The notes under the pieces were generated by a model. It did not search any database. It was given only the letters and a program-made list of their open reading frames with translations, and was not told the origin of the DNA. A program made the translations under genes and the position numbers. A stretch of DNA of 64,000 nucleotides from an uncultured Acidobacteriota bacterium (GTDB lineage Bacteria; Acidobacteriota; Blastocatellia; RBC074), in contig CAWCKY010000001.1 of assembly GCA_963796275.1 (NCBI GenBank), positions 320,001 to 384,000 of the forward strand. Reading direction: 5' to 3'. Shown here piece by piece: positions 62,315 to 64,000 of the stretch (its first letter is position 1; every line of letters begins with the position of its first letter).

Positions 62315-63160
62315 ATGCCATCGATCGAAGATTATCAACAGCTGCCGGTATCAGAATTGAAAGTCTTATTTCTGGACGGCCGGGAACCGATACCAAAGGG
62401 GTTGCTCGAAGCGTTTGAAGCGGACGCGCGGCGCGGGGTGCGCGATCTGGCCGCGAAGATACGTTTGAGGCGCCAGAGCAATCGGACGGAGGGGCAACGG
62501 CTGCGTCGACTCTTGACATATGAAAAAGAGCTATGGGAGCAGGGCTTTGAATTTATTGCGGGAGTCGACGAAGCCGGAATCGGCCCGTTGGCCGGGCCAG
62601 TGGTCTCCGGCGCTGTGATCCTTCCCCGAAATTGTAAACTTCGCGAGCTCGATGATTCGAAATTACTTGATCAGGAGACGCGCGAAAGTCTCGCTCGCCA
62701 GATCAAAGAAAACGCGATCGCATGGGCAACCGGGATTGCCGAGGTGGAAGAAATCGATCGTTTGAACATCTATCATGCGGGTTTGCTCTCGATGCGGCGC
62801 GCGGTCGAGTCGCTGAATTTACCGCCGCACTTCATCCTGGTCGACGCCCGGACAATTCCCGGGTGTTCGGTCGAGCAACGCGGAATCATCTGCGGAGATC
62901 GGCTATCAGCGAGCATCGCCGCGGCTTCGATCATCGCAAAAACGACGCGTGACGCTATGATGGCTGAGTTCGATAAAAAATACCCCGGCTATGGATTTGC
63001 CTCGCACAAAGGCTACTCGACGCCCGGACATTTCAAGATGTTGCAGCAGCTGGGCGCATCACCGATTCATCGGCGCAGTTATCGTCCGGTACGCGAAGCG
63101 CTGGGTCTTGATCCGATTCAGGCGGCGCTTTTTGAAACGGATGGCGATCTGAAAGACTAA
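62315..63160 (+). CDS. rnhB: Ribonuclease HII
   Basis: IAGVDEAGIGPLAGPV, DDSK, SIAAASIIAK and HKGY motifs. Confidence 0.96.
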   Translation: MPSIEDYQQLPVSELKVLFLDGREPIPKGLLEAFEADARRGVRDLAAKIRLRRQSNRTEGQRLRRLLTYEKELWEQGFEFIAGVDEAGIGPLAGPVVSGAVILPRNCKLRELDDSKLLDQETRESLARQIKENAIAWATGIAEVEEIDRLNIYHAGLLSMRRAVESLNLPPHFILVDARTIPGCSVEQRGIICGDRLSASIAAASIIAKTTRDAMMAEFDKKYPGYGFASHKGYSTPGHFKMLQQLGASPIHRRSYRPVREALGLDPIQAALFETDGDLKD

Positions 63161-63243
63161 CACTCAACAACGAAGAGATAGAGCGAAAATTTCCGCAATT
63201 CATATCCTCATCTCTTTGTCATTTCTTTTTTGAGGTCAGCACG

Positions 63244-64000
63244 ATGGCAACGAAGATCAATCATCAGTGGCGTCTGGCAGCCCGCCCGGTCGGAATGATA
63301 AAAGAATCCGATTTCAAGTGGAGTGAAGAGGCTATTCCTGCGCCCGCAGAGAACCAGGTGCTGGTTCGTAATCTCTATCTCTCACTCGATCCAGCCAATC
63401 GCGGATGGATACAGGAAGAAGGGTCGTACATGGCGCCTATCCCTCTCGGCGCCGTGATGGCGGGCAGCACGGTTGGAGTCGTCGAAGAATCGCACCACCC
63501 GAACTTTCAACCTGGTGAGAACGTCCAGGGGTTTCTCGGTTGGCAGGAATATGCCGCCACCGACGGCGCGACGCTGAACAAACTGCCCAGCAATCCAGCC
63601 ATTCCGTTAACCGCATATTTGGGTCTGTTCGGTCATATCGGTCTGACGGCATATTTCGGCCTGCTCGACATTACGCATCCTAAGGAAGGAGATACGCTGG
63701 TTGTCTCGGCTGCCGCAGGCGCCGTCGGCTCGATCGTCGGGCAGATCGGAAAAATAAAGGGATGCCGCGTCGTAGGCATCGCCGGCAACGATGAGAAATG
63801 CCGATGGATCACCGAAGAACTGGGCTTCGATCAGGCGATCAACTATAAAAAGGATAAGCTACGCGAGGCGCTCAAGAGGGCGTGCCCTAATGGCATTGAC
63901 ATCTATTTCGATAATGTCGGTGGCGAAATCCTCGGTGCCGTACTGAGCCTTATCAATATGCATGCGCGAATCAGCGTCTGCGGTATGATATCGCAGTACA
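63244..64000 (+). CDS. NADP-dependent oxidoreductase (MDR, prostaglandin reductase/YncB-like), runs off window
   Basis: MATKINHQWRLAARPVG, YLSLDP, TAYFGL, VSAAAGAVGS and YFDNVGG; not in the ORF track because it has no stop in the window. Confidence 0.92.
   Translation, partial: MATKINHQWRLAARPVGMIKESDFKWSEEAIPAPAENQVLVRNLYLSLDPANRGWIQEEGSYMAPIPLGAVMAGSTVGVVEESHHPNFQPGENVQGFLGWQEYAATDGATLNKLPSNPAIPLTAYLGLFGHIGLTAYFGLLDITHPKEGDTLVVSAAAGAVGSIVGQIGKIKGCRVVGIAGNDEKCRWITEELGFDQAINYKKDKLREALKRACPNGIDIYFDNVGGEILGAVLSLINMHARISVCGMISQY

Overview
Gene-dense bacterial chromosomal window, probably Acidobacteriota (inferred from acidobacterial-type VWA proteins, a carboxypeptidase-regulatory-domain M1 peptidase and the gene neighbourhood). 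It holds mostly housekeeping and metabolic genes: pyk, purB/purS, MoxR-DUF58-transglutaminase, ggt, rpsT, mfd, SurA-like PPIases, YhaM-like nuclease, UbiD-family decarboxylase, msrPQ, rnhB and two F420-type oxidoreductases. No rRNA, intact tRNA, CRISPR array, transposase or integrase was recognised. The standout is a ~1.5 kb gap (27203-28742) with no credible protein gene. It contains a perfect sigma-54 promoter followed by a predicted ~1.2 kb structured non-coding RNA. The RNA has four tandem ~200-nt units, each with two long covarying hairpins displaying an ACGGG(G) loop, then four hairpins with C-rich loops and a long terminal stem. I cannot assign it to a known RNA family. Two further candidate structured RNAs (~10.8 kb and ~37.6 kb), a family of short-repeat palindromes and three single-indel frameshifts (AidB-like dehydrogenase, mfd, msrP) are also noted. 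All base pairings were derived by eye; no folding or database search was run.
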